Source of the DNA: Octopus sinensis
Lineage: Eukaryota
Direction of reading: 5' to 3'
NCBI RefSeq assembly: GCF_006345805.1
Contig: NC_043019.1
Coordinates: 21,885,360 to 21,949,359 of the forward strand
DNA: 64,000 nt
Part shown: positions 25,500-38,310 of the stretch, in pieces
How positions within the stretch are numbered: the stretch's first letter is position 1
Layout: every line of letters begins with the position of its first letter
Program-made: the position numbers and the translations under genes
The notes under the pieces: generated by a model
What the model saw: the letters and a program-made list of their open reading frames with translations, nothing else
Database searches by the model: none
What the model was told of the DNA's origin: nothing

Positions 25500-26948
25500 C
25501 TGACAGAAATTAGATACACAAGACCGAGGGAGAAAAAAAATACCTTACTGCCAATAGCAGTGGCATTGTGAAATTGATAAGTGGTTTGTTTGTTGGTAAT
25601 ATTTGAGTTCAATTCTACCTGGGTAAGCTAGAAAACAGAACTAGATCCTACTGGTCATACTAAGGAATCAGTAAGGCTTATCATCTAGTCATTCTACCAA
25701 CTGAGAAAAATCTGCATGCTTGTAATCATATGACAGCAAGTTGACACAAACGTTAGAGTATTGGAGTAAAAGGCCTTGCACTTTACATCCTGAGTTCAAA
25801 TCCTACTGAGGTTAGCTATGCCTTTCATCCCACTGAAGTCAATAAGGTACAGTACCACTCAAGTAGTAGAGTTCATGGTATTGACTAACTCTCTCACCAT
25901 AAAAATTGCTGGCCTTGTACCAAAATTAGGAACAATTATTATTTGGAGCAGTGAAAAAAAAAATGCCTTGCAGTATTTGTTCTGGCTCTTTACATCCAGA
26001 GTTCAATTCTACCAAGGTCAACTTTGCCTTTCATCCTTCTGGGGTCAATAAATAAAGTACCAGTCAAGTACAAGGGGGTGATAAAATCAATTACCAATCA
26101 AGTACAGGTGGGTGAAAAGTAAAGTACCCACCCAGTACCGGAAGTGATAAAGTACCTATCAGGTACTGGGATCAATGTAACTGATTAATTCCCTCCCTTC
26201 GTTATTACTTTCTTTTTCACTGATTCATGAAAATCTCAAGTGCTAATCTGCAAATCATAAAAGAGACTGATACTGAGCATTTCTTTCTTCTGCTAGTATT
26301 TCTGTATTTCTGTTATTGCCCAGATCACATTATTATAGAATGAAAACGCAACAATAGAAACAGCTGTAAAGAACTTCCTGATTCTCCTTATGATATAAAA
26401 GACCAACATTAAGTTACCCACTTAGACATTCCATTCATTAGTCAAAATGGAAAGAAGAAAGAAGGAAAAGAAAAGAAAAAAAAGACAACAATACCACTCT
26501 ATGAACTGGAAAATGTATCTGTATTCATATTAATTAACTTTCATTAATATTTCATCTTATAGAATTAACAAAATTTGAAATTTATCACCTTGACAGAGGA
26601 GGGTCAAATTTACTTAATCTGTATTAAACAAAATTAAAACAAATTTTAAAAAAAAACAAATAAAAAGAAATTTTCTTTTTTATAAATTACACAATTTAAA
26701 GTTTAATGGAGAAGAACAACAACATTAATGTAGTTAATAATTGCATTTTAAATTATTATTGATTTGAATTATTACATTTTGAACACTCCAGTATCTCCAG
26801 TTTGGTATTATCATCATTTTATCATTTATGTTGTGATTATTCTTCAATGCCTGGAATTTGCTAAATTGATCTCTATATATTGACTTTACAGAGGTTGAGA
26901 GGTGGGTGGTGATATATTGTGCCCCAACCATCTTCCTTTCTGAAGCAG

Positions 26949-27085
26949 AAAACAAGAGTTCAACCAACCCAGCTACTGCCTAAAACTCACTTTCCATATG
27001 TAGTTGAAAAATTCAGGATTGCCCCCATTAAAAATGATTTAATGAAAGGTGAATCTAGGAAAGATGTAAAGATGCTGGAGCAAAG
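26949..27085 (+). CDS. candidate exon KTRVQPTQLLPKTHFPYVVEKFRIAPIKNDLMKGESRKDVKMLEQ
   Basis: AAG|gtaagt donor, open frame, moderate acceptor; overlaps a minus-strand candidate. Confidence 0.3.
26991..27054 (-). CDS. candidate 64-nt exon DSPFIKSFLMGAILNFSTTYG(K)
   Basis: atctttacatctttcctag acceptor, AAA|gtgagt donor, single open frame. Confidence 0.35.
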
Positions 27086-28689
27086 GTAAGTAGATGTATG
27101 TATTGTATAAAAGGTACCGTATTTTCCAGCATACAAGTCGATGTAGTCTAACATGCAAACATTGTCACTCTCTTTCCAAATCATGCTGTATTTCACATGA
27201 AATTTTTTGGTCCTCCAAAGTCATTTTGATGAATTCCAGCATTACATAATCATAATCATGTTGGCGTTAGGAAGGGCATCCAGCCATAGAAACACTGCCA
27301 GATCTGACTAGGCCTGATGAAGCCTTCCGGCTTCACAGACCCCAGTTGAACCGTCCAACCCATGCTAGCATGGAAAACGGACGCTAAACGATGATGATGA
27401 TGATGATTTCAAAGTAAGACTTAGACGGAAAATATTTAAAAATTTCAAATAGACCAGGTTTCTTTGATTTATATCTCCTTTGATTAAAACTCCTTTGATT
27501 TATATCTCAAAAACCCAAGCTAGGGTAACCATTTATCCAAGCAATGAACTGAAAAGGTTGGCATTACATAATCACTCATTTTTGCCTGGATTTTCAAGGG
27601 ATCAAGAGAATTCGATCTTTCCTGTGATTTTGCTTTTCGTGATAAGACAAACTGTCCGTGCAAGAATAAAGTAACATCAGCAAATTATTTTGTGATTGAT
27701 TTTGGTACACTTTATCAAAAGCTGTGGACAAAAGAGCTGGTGTTACATAATCACTTTCACTTTGTCACATGGTTACTTTTCTGAAACTGAACCAAAAATG
27801 AACTGACAGATCTAAGCAAAAAAATCAAAAAAGACATTTTTTCTCTTTGATTCATGTCTAGAACTTTCAATAAACGAACAAAAGAATTTTGTAATCTTAT
27901 AGTTAAAATAAACCCACGCTGAAATAATAGCTTTGTACAGAAATATCTAACCTAAAGAAAGTGGTTTTTGTGTTACATAATCACATCATATACCTGGTTT
28001 GTTAAAAAGAGATGTATAGACTAAAAGGGAAATACTTCAGATAGTTAGTTTAAATATATTTTTGAAAAACTTGATGTATGCTCTTTCCTGTTGACCAATT
28101 ATTGATACCCTTAACTTTTACATAATATACTGCCACTACTTTGAAATTTTCCAGAGTTTCTTAAAAAATATTTTCCAGCTTAGAAAGAAAGGCCTCATAC
28201 TAAAAGGTCCCATAGAAAGACCCAAAATAATTTTTTGGAAGTAATTTCACAATTCTGAGGTTATTCAAAGACAAACTCAAGAGAAAATGACATCAGAGTT
28301 AGTTTTGCTGCTAAGGCTCACTGACAATCCTAAGGAATTCAGTTCTTGGTGTGTGATTCATCGACTTTTTTTTCACTGTAATTTGATTTGTATGTTAGAA
28401 AATACTGTACAATAGAGAGGAATCTCAGTTAAAGTCCTCACAGGAAAAAAAACTCAGACACATATTCTTTTGGGATGGATGAAATAGATGTATTTTTGAC
28501 AGAGAAATGGATAGAGGAATTAAGTAGTCAGAGTATGTGACAGAATAATTAAGTTTAGATAAGTCATGGGTGATATAACAAACGTTATCTCTACATGTGC
28601 ACCACAAACAAGACTGACTGATCAATAAAATAACTTGTTTCTAGAAATCTTTCCTGCAAACTAACTTGATGAAAAATAATAGCAAGCTA

Positions 28690-29700
28690 TCATGTTATCA
28701 TGGCAGGCAATTTAGTGGACACTTTGAGACGCATGACAATCTCAACAAAAACAGTATGGAAGCTAAAAGATTTTTTGGCTAGACAAAGGTTTAAATTAGT
28801 ACTAGTTGACGCATTTTACAAAAATAGGAGATAGAGACATAACAAAGAGGAGTTATAAAAACTAGGAGTTTCTGTTAGGCAACCTGTTATGAGTTACAGG
28901 CTAGATCTGGGAATGGAGCAATGTTCCACCAAAACATAAGGTGACATGGTGCAATGGACAGAGCCATAGACACTAAAAGACAAATCAAGAAAGAGTGGAA
29001 GAATGCAAGTCAACAAACACCATATCAAACAGTTAGAAGAAAACTTGGACATGAGGGTATATGTAGAAATGGGAGAAGCTGAAAATAAGTTTATAAATGT
29101 TCTGTGATGAGAGAGTGAGGGGTGTGAGGTGTACCAGATGCAAAGCAGTGAGGATGGTGATGCTGTTGAGAAGAACGTTACACAGAAATGTTTCTATGAA
29201 AGATCACTGAATGAGGAGAATGCATGAGAGAGAGACAAGCTCAAGACCCAATGAAAGAAACAGTTTATTGATATCAACAGTTATATGTGTATGTTGTTGC
29301 TTAAACTGGTAGATAAGTTATGGTGCCTCAATAACACAGTACTAACAAGATGGCTAATGGAAAGCACAGAGTCCCTAGAAGTAGAGGAGACATTAAAAGA
29401 ACTTTCAAGAATTACAATGTGTCAGTGCAAAGATGTAGTCTCACTATACAAAGGACAGCCAGTATCAAACGCGATGCCAAATGGCTGTGAAATAGGAATT
29501 GACCACAAAGGATAAGGATGAGAGAGTGCAAATGCTTGTAACATGTGGCTAACATTAGGTTCAGATATAGGTGTGTTGGTTTCACAACCACATAGTCCCA
29601 AGTTCAGTACTAGTGAGATAAGCATTTTCAAACATTGTCTAAGGTCAAACAAAGCCATCTGACATCAGATAGTTTGAAACTGTGTAAGCCTGTCAGATGA
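28690..29700 (+). mobile_element. highly decayed RTE-like LINE fragment (endonuclease-RT linker region)
   Basis: Remnant peptide similar to RTE linker (W..VDRAI..KRQ..KEWK...YQT.RR...GEAE.KF.NV). Confidence 0.55.
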
Positions 29701-30736
29701 AGTGCTTTCATTCTTGGGTGGTAGACCTTATCTATCAATCAATTTAATACCACCACAACTCATGGTTTCTTCCTTTCTTTTCAATATCTACAGAGATTCT
29801 GCAAAAATTCATGCAAAAACAACACAATAAATATTTGAATTGCAGAAGAAAGGTTTTCTTTTCTATATTTTAGCCAGAAAGGGAGGCACTGCTCGTGACC
29901 CTCTCTGAGACTACAAACTGGTGAGGGTAAAGGAGGAAGGTGTCCTCATATCAGAGATCCATTATGAGTCCTTATAAATGAGGGACTCTACTAAAGGCAC
30001 ACAAGGTATGGGGTGTTGATGTTAAACTGGGAAACTAATTAAGTCTACCACCCAAGTAAGTCAGGGAGGGATTTGAACATAGAACAAATACCACAAGGCA
30101 TTTGATCCAACAGCCATACTGTTATGCCAATCTACTACCCTTCAATGATAGTTTTTTCATCAACCTACACAAAAAATTAAAAGTTAAATTGACTTCAGTA
30201 GGATTTGATCCCGCGCCACAGAGAGTCAAAACAAATACTGCGAAGCACTTTATCCAACATTTCTGCAACTCTACTAATTCACTGCTATACTAATGGTCCA
30301 TCTTAAAAATTTATGACATAAATACATTCTGATAGTGGCCACAAACAAGAGCTGCCAATGAGATTTTAGAGGAAACTCCCAGATCAGGTTTGGGGGAAAA
30401 AAAAACAGATTATAAAAATATCAAATTTAAATAGAAATATAAACATATAACATCATTAAACATGGATGATTTGTTGGGTGCACAAATGATGCATCAAACA
30501 CATTGCTAGATCTGTACAGAAGAGATGATTACATTGATATGGATTTGTAATGTAAATGAATCATGCATGCATTCAAATTGGTCTTGTATCAAAAAGTGAT
30601 ACGTAATAAATAAATGGTAGAAGTTAGTAGTATTTTGAAATAAAATAAGTATTAACAAGTGAAGAAATTGTTTGGGAAGAATTTGGACAGATTTACAATC
30701 CAACATGTTTGTATTCATTTTGATTTTTTTTCTCAG

Positions 30737-30781
30737 GTTATATCATACCTGAAACTAAAATATTAACAACTCCTACTTATT
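30737..30781 (+). CDS. candidate 45-nt phase 1-1 exon GYIIPETKILTTPTY
   Basis: ttttgattttttttctcag acceptor, ATT|gtaagc donor, only one open frame. Confidence 0.5.
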
Positions 30782-31144
30782 GTAAGCTCTTTTGGTTCAA
30801 AACCAACTTTCATAATATTCCTTTTTGTTTAAATATATTGTGCATGTATATAAATATATACACACACACGAATCAGCACACATAAACACACACACAAAAT
30901 ACATATAAGCAGACATATACACAAAGATGTATAAATGTGCATGAACACTTACAGAAAAAGCTAAATATATATCTATATCTATCTATACACATATACACTC
31001 ATGTACTGAGTTTTATTTCTCCTGTTTGTCCTACCAAATGCACATAAAACAGGGAGCAAGATTATGATGGCTATATATTATTTATACTTCTGAGTATTAT
31101 TAACAATGATTATCCCAGGTTTTACTAAAACTGTCAACTATCCA

Positions 31145-31169
<25 letters not shown>

Positions 31170-31176
<7 letters not shown>

Positions 31177-31380
31177 AAGTTAATCCAAACAAGAAAACAA
31201 AAAGACAACAACGCGAGGATGTGGAACAAATAAAGTATTATTGGACGCTCAGGAAAGAAGGGAAGAAGGAGGGTATGACATTTCGAGCGGAGCTCTTCGT
31301 CGGAAACATAGGAGAAAGAAAGATCCTGAGGTGGGAGGACAGAGGGGAAAAAAATGCAAGTGGTCTTCATGAGGTCACAT
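31170..31380 (-). mobile_element. Penelope-like-derived short repeat carrying a hammerhead-like motif
   Basis: Contains the motif at 31273-31307; shares gtatta...gctcagga with 35440-35620. Confidence 0.5.
31273..31307 (-). ncRNA. minimal type I hammerhead-like motif, variant core CCGACGA
   Basis: GUUU-CCGACGA-A-GAGC(UCC)GCUC-GAA-AUGU-C-AUAC. Confidence 0.5.
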
Positions 31381-31452
31381 ATATATAAAATATTAGAAAA
31401 CTTGTAAGTTTGGATTTTATTCCCTCAAATAATAATTATTATTATATATATA

Positions 31453-31491
<39 letters not shown>

Positions 31492-31492
<1 letters not shown>

Positions 31493-32001
31493 TAGCAGTA
31501 TCGCCCGGCGTTGCTCGGGTTTGTAAGGGAAATAACTATAAGCTTTTTTAGAGAGTTACTTCCCTTATAGATGCCGATTCGGGCTTTCTTAGCCATTTCT
31601 GTTTTGGTGTCTTCAAGCCATCAAGTCGTTGTTCTAAAAGAACGCTGGTCTCCTTGACAACGCTTTACGACGTTGATTTCCTTACACTCCCTTCCCCACA
31701 GCTTCACGAGGGAGGGAAGAAGGGGGAGAAGCAAACAGGTGCAGGTGTGACCATGGACGCCAACTCCGCCGCCATCAATACACAAAAATTATGCATTAAA
31801 ATGGAATAAAAAATGATGTTAAATTATTTTTAAAATCGTAGACTCATCGTAGACGCGCGTTAATACTCAGACGGGCTCGATATGAATCACGACTATAAGA
31901 TACCTGAATTTGGTTAAACTGCACCACAAAATGTGGGAGTAGTTAGGAATCTAAATCGAAGGGGACAGACACTCACACAACTACAGTTTTATATATACAG
32001 A
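31492..32001 (-). mobile_element. non-autonomous Helitron
   Basis: Minus strand A|TCTGTATATATAAAA 5' end; cccgagcaacgccggg hairpin then CTAG|T 3' end; CpG retained. Confidence 0.85.
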
Positions 32002-33590
32002 TATATAATTATATGCACATACATAACAGTTAAATAATTAAATATCAGGCATAAAACAAAATTTATTTGATTCATGTAACTAAAACGTAAAAGAAAGCAG
32101 AGCCTCAAACACTGTAGATATCCAGAAACAATAGTTAATCACTTCACGAACAATCTCTTTTGTTTTTCATGTCAAACATAACATTATTGTGTTTCTGCGA
32201 TATATTACAGATATGCATCAAATAAAACTTGCCTTCTTCCCTACAACCACCACCACCACCACCATCATCACCACCTGCCTCCTTCAATTACAACTCTCAG
32301 ACACTAATAATGTATTTAAAACATAAATAGAATAAAATAAAAATTAAATAAAATCAAAATGAAATACTAAATTATTCCCTTTCTAATCATCTTCTCTAGT
32401 CACAAAGCATGCACAGATAAAAACATTTAGCTTTCAGAAACACTAGAGTCAGGGAGATTAAGATGAGAATTATAAAATGTAACTTTCTGTAAAGAACTGG
32501 TAAGCTGATCTAGTCCAACTAACCAACCAATGATCTGGCAACACCAAAATAAGGTGAGCTTGATGATAATTTTCTTTTATTTTATTTTATTATTTATTCA
32601 TTTTATATATATATCTCGATTTTTTTTTTTTTTAAACCAAAAAGAATCACAAACAAGTAACTGAAATACAAAACAGACCAACATTGGAATAGTTGCATGC
32701 CAAAACTTGTGCAGTCTAGCTCACTAATACGATCCAACTACTTAGAGCACAGGCTTACTACAGTTAGATGAAATATCAAGATGGAGATGCAGTTTTATTG
32801 ATTTCTGGGGGATGATATTCAACTAGGAAACAAATGTGTGCCTGAAGAATTTCAACGTGGCAAGGTCATTTCGCATGCTTAATCCTATTCTCAGAGTCGT
32901 GTGTGTGTGTATGTGTGTGAGAGAGAGAGAGACAGACAGACAGACAGAGACCAAGAGAAGGAGAATGAGAGTGGTGGGGATGAGTAGATCCCATGGCATG
33001 GATCATTGTTTAAGTCTTATCTCCTTGGTTACAGATACTTTTCATCTGTCTCAAAGAAGGTGTTAGTCTCATGTCAGAGTTTTAAGTATTGGATAATCAT
33101 CTGACTGTGCTACAAGATAATTGCTTTGAACTTTTATTTATCTTATACTTGTTTATGCTTCCCAATCATGTCATTTAGACATCTTTCTCTCTATCTTGTT
33201 TCAATATGGACCTACACCTTTTAGCAATATGGCATGATCCAGTGAGGGCGTTTTCATTTCAGTAGCTCAACCTATTAAAAACAGCAGCTAAATCTACCCA
33301 AAATTACACGCTACCATCTTTAAAGAAAAGAACATATTGGACAGTGTTGTTCAAGATACACAATGCCTGAAAAAAAAACTAAATAAACTGGGGTGTTCAT
33401 GACCTTTGATCATGTTTGCTCAACCAGGGCTGACTTAGGGTTAATTAACAACAGCAGCAGAAATATGGCACAAACCCATTTTTCTCCATAAAAATAAATA
33501 ATTGTAAAACTATTCCTTTTCCCATCTTTTTCAGAATCACACTTTCAATCTTCATCATTCATTTTACATTGATTTTTTTTTTAATGCCAG

Positions 33591-33619
33591 CATGGATGAG
33601 ATGAATACATTTTACCTAG
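33591..33619 (+). CDS. candidate 29-nt exon MDEMNTFYL
   Basis: gattttttttttaatgccag acceptor, TAG|gtactg donor. Confidence 0.3.
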
Positions 33620-34811
33620 GTACTGTTTTTATAGATGGAAACCTTTTCTGTTGTTAACAGTACAGTGCTAACAGATGGTTTGTTGATAGGGAATGTAACA
33701 AGAAACTTAATTTGAAGTTCAAGGTTTTTTCCATGCTCAGCACATAGAACATAAACATTCACAGACACATACATGTGCACACACATATATACATACACTA
33801 ACACATAAAATATATATATATATATATTCAGCAGAGAGGAACTTTTTTTCAAAGCTTTTGGTGGCATTAAGAATACAAACATATCTGGGGTATGGCCTTG
33901 AAAAGTTTTTAGTAAAATGAATCAATCCCACTACTTAAATCTGGTACTTATTTTATCATTCTCTTTCGCTAAACTGCTAAGTTACAATACCAACACTGGA
34001 TGTCAAGCAGGGAGGTGGGGACAAATAGACTCAGACACATACTCACACACACCACAATAGGTTTCTTTCAGTTTCTGTCTATCAAATTCACTGACAAGGC
34101 ATTGGTTGGCCTGAAACTACAGTAGAAGACATTTGCCAAGGGTGTAAGAAAGGACAGTGAGGAGTGAAAAAAGGGTCTAAACTCATTTTAGATGGAAATG
34201 GGAAAAGATTCAAAAATTTTAGTCCAGCTGGAGGTGTGCAGGTTAAAAATAAAACCCTATAATATATTATTGAAGAGATATCCACTTAATCACTGTTATC
34301 ATCATCATCATCATCATGAAAGTGAAGACTGATAAATTCTTTACAATATTTTACATGCATAATCTGGCAGAATTGTCAGCATGCCAGGCAAAATGCTTAG
34401 CACTATTTCATTTGTCTTTATGTTCTGAGTTCAAATCTCACTAAGGTCAGCTCTATCTTTCATTCTTTCTGGGTTGATAAAATAAGTATCAGTTGAACAC
34501 TGGGGTCGATGTAACTGACTTACCCCACTCTCCAAAATTGCTGGAGTGGTTGGAATCAGAAAGGACATTCAGCCTTAGAAACCAAGCTAAAAACAAATTG
34601 GAATGTTGTGCAGCTCTCTGGCTTACCATTTCCAGACAAACCATCTAACCCATGCCAGCATAGAAAACAGATGATGATGATGATGAATATTCTACATGCA
34701 TGTTTTATTTCTAATGCTATATGCTATCATCACCAAAAACTGATTTACAAAAAGTAAAAATTTCTAAGCCTAATTATAGATGAGGTTTAACATTTAACTC
34801 TTTCACTTTAG

Positions 34812-34900
34812 GAAGACCTGGAGCAGTATCACTTGATGCTTATCGGAAGAAACCTTTCGAAGATGGTTACAGCGAGAGTAGAGAGAAGTTCACCGCATCT
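34812..34900 (+). CDS. candidate exon GRPGAVSLDAYRKKPFEDGYSESREKFTAS
   Basis: actctttcactttag acceptor, elevated GC and CpG, weak donor gtataa. Confidence 0.35.
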
Positions 34901-35533
34901 GTATAAGAACTGAAAACATAAAAAACCAGAACCAAATGTGGCTAAGTATTTTAGTCAAATATTCTAATGATTCTGTCAATATATACAACCTGGACTACTA
35001 ATTTATTTTACTGACCCTGGAAGAATGGAAGGGAAATTTGATCTTGGCAAGATTTGAACTTAAAACATAATAAGCCAGAACAAATACCACAAAGCATTGT
35101 TTAATGCTCTCATGATTCTGCCAATATACCACCTAGATTATTACTTCATTTTCTTGACCCCTGAATGTTAAACTAATTTGGCAGGATTTGAACTTAAAAC
35201 ATAGATCCAAGGCAAATATCATAAACCATTTTTGTCTGATTCTAATAATTCTGACAATCCACCATTATTTAAATTTATGACAAAATAAAAATATAATCAA
35301 TTCAAAACTTTTACTACAAGATGGGCTTCCTAAATAGAAAGTGGGTTCATTCATTTCTACAAATTAAGAATAGACTTTGTTACGTTATATATAAACATTT
35401 AAAAACTTATATTTAGGTTACTTTATATATATATATATATATAGGGAGAGTTTACGAAAAAAACAAAAGACAAAGGCAGGTGGTGTACAAAACAAACAGA
35501 TGTATTAGTATAATGCTCAGGAATAGAAAAAGT

Positions 35534-35569
35534 CTTTTACGTTTCGAGCCTATGCTCTTCTACAGAAAG
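35534..35569 (-). ncRNA. minimal type I hammerhead-like motif, variant core CUGUAGA
   Basis: CUUU-CUGUAGA-A-GAGC(AUAG)GCUC-GAA-ACGU-A-AAAG; within a repeat at about 35440-35620. Confidence 0.5.
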
Positions 35570-36453
35570 GGACACAGAAAAAAACAAGGAGAGAAAAAAA
35601 ATGTGTGTAGAGGCTAACGATCTATCCATCCATTGATAGTCTTATGGAACTTACATAAACCCACCCACTCTCCAACCCCATTACTCTATCAGGTGTGGCA
35701 GGTTGCCACTTCTGACAATTCACAAAAGAGAAAGAAATACAGACTGAATGATAACATAATAAAGTGTAGCGTTTTGTTACTTAGTAAATAAAACCACACT
35801 GAAGAAGAGTTTGTTAACCAAGCCAAAATCTTACATGGAAGCACAAACCTTGTAAAATAATGTTAGTGGATAAGAGAGAAGAGAAGAACTGAGGATGGTT
35901 TTAGAAGTAAGCCATAACCATAATGATATTGGTAAAAAGTATAAGGATAAAAAAACAAAATGAATAAAATAAAATAAACAAACAAGCCAAGCATGGTATG
36001 CAAGGAAATGAAAATAAGATTAGTCACAGATTTATAGTCACTGAGCATGAATAGGATAAGGTATCTAAAGCCAAGCTTGGCAGTTTTAAAGATTAAAGGA
36101 GAATCTGTTAAAGAAAAATACAATGTAGAGAGGGGCAATAAAATATTACAAAACTGGTAATGGCAATAATTTCTAGTAAAAGTAGACTTTTTTAAATGTA
36201 TAATATTTTTTTAGATTTTTTTTTTTTGTTTTCTGGGTTTTTTTTATTATATGCTTCTCAAACTCTTATAATAAATGATATAGAAATTGCTATCCAGAAA
36301 ATTTTATTTCAAATTTTAGTTTTCTGTTAATTTGTTAGATTTTTTTTCCTTACTTTTTTTTTTTTTTTCAACAAACAACTAAAGAATTTTATTTCATTCA
36401 AGGAAACTATATAAACTCTTGTGATATGCAAAGAGGAATTGACTGTGTCTCAG

Positions 36454-36481
36454 GATTATTACAGAACAATTGAAGAAAGAG
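36454..36481 (+). CDS. candidate 28-nt exon DYYRTIEER
   Basis: ttgactgtgtctcag acceptor, GAG|gtgagg donor. Confidence 0.3.
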
Positions 36482-37439
36482 GTGAGGGGACAGAGTGGAG
36501 GATAGAAAATGATCATAATCCAAAAGCTTTCAGCTTAACACACCTGCATCAGATAACAGTGGTGGTGGAGAAGGTGGCATGATGATGATGATGTTGAAGA
36601 CGACAACAACAACAACAATGATAAGACAACAAAGACGTGTGCGAGAGTATTGTTTTGATTAGCAATTTAATGAGTATTGATCACAAATAGCATTGGTGTG
36701 GGGAAGGGGCCTGCAACCATGAAAACTACTTTGTTCTAACAAGGATCCCCTAAGGGGTTGCTCAATGTGCTAGAAATAGCAGCTAAATTCTACTCAAACC
36801 ACATCCTACCATCTTGAAAAGCCAAAAAAGCTGGGCAGTTATGGCGTTTATCTTATATGTGCTCAGTCAGGACTGACCTGGGGACATGGAATTATAATAG
36901 CAAGACCAACTTTGTTTTGATCATATTCAACAATTTAAGTAAAATAATGGAGCTTGAACTCTGATTAGTTAGTAGTGCCATGATTGGTGAAGTGACAGAT
37001 TTGATAAAAGTACCAACAATTCAAACAAAATATAGAAGAGTCAAGATGAATAAATATGACTTAAGCCTTTAAGTAACATAATCCTTGCTCAATTCCAGAA
37101 TTGGTCATGTTAATCAAATAAGTAAAAAAAAAAAGTCATGACAAAACCCTATACTATAGCAGTTTACATTTCTAAATGGAAGAATACTCATTCTTAACAG
37201 TCTCTATATGGTCATTAGAGTGGCCAGAAATAGTAGCTAAATCTTTATTAAATTGCATCTTACTAACCAAGAAAAGGATCTAAGGATGTATTATATAAGT
37301 TTTAGATCAAGTATCAATAATCAGGTGGGTTATAGCTCAGAACTGGGCTGCTGCTGTTTACTGTGGGGGCTTTAGACCTTCTTAAGGTATTTGTGGACAC
37401 TGAGCAGTTGATGGCTTTTGGATAGTCTTTTGCATCTTT

Positions 37440-37830
37440 TTATCTTTTATCTTTTGCTTGTTTCAGTCAGTTTGACTGCACCCATGCTGGGGCACTGTCC
37501 TAGAAGGTTTTAGTTGAACAAATCAACCCCAGGACTTATCTTTTTAAGCCTGATTCTCATTCTATCAGTCTCTTTTGTCAAGCCACTAAGTTATGGGGAT
37601 GTAAACACACCAACACTGCTTGTCAAGCAGTGGTGGGGGACAAACACAGACAAAAACACACATAGATATATACAACAGGCTTCTTTCAGTTTCTGTCAAC
37701 CAGATCCACTCACAAGGTTTTGGTTGTATCAAGGTTATAGTAGAAGACACTCATCCAAGGTGCCATGTAGTGAGATTGAACCTGGAACCATGTGGTTGGG
37801 AGGCAAGTTTCTTACCACACAGCCATGTCT
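37440..37830 (-). mobile_element. SINE family A copy
   Basis: Homologous to 3796-4177. Confidence 0.85.
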
Positions 37831-38310
37831 GTGTCTTGTGGTTTCTTTTTTTGAATTTTTGTTTACATAAGTATAGCCAATGAAAATAGGAGGGGACACA
37901 TGGGATACTTTTTTTATGTCTTCTGATATGATATAATATACATGTGGGCCAAGATGGTTCTGCAGTTTCTTGCTGAACAACCTGCACAGATGATTTGTTT
38001 ACAGTGATCAACTCTATGTGCTCTACATTAGCTCACTCCCTCCATCATATTGACATTACTTGTACAGGTACACAGTGTGCTACACATCACATGTCAAAGT
38101 TATTGCAGAGCAAGTGAGATGAAGTGTTTTGTTCAAGACCACATGCCCTCACTAAATAGGAAATGAAAAAAAAAAAAAAACTAGAATGTTCACACCTTAA
38201 ACATCACTGATCAAAGGTCAGCTTCATCGATGATGATTTGGAGCTGAACAACAACCACCACCAGATTACTGCAGGCAACATTTAAATGAAAGAGTACTTA
38301 TTCCTAACAG

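Noticed and set aside
27312-27340. CTGATGA followed by a hairpin (possible hammerhead)
   Set aside because: No GAAA after the stem; a mutated SINE segment
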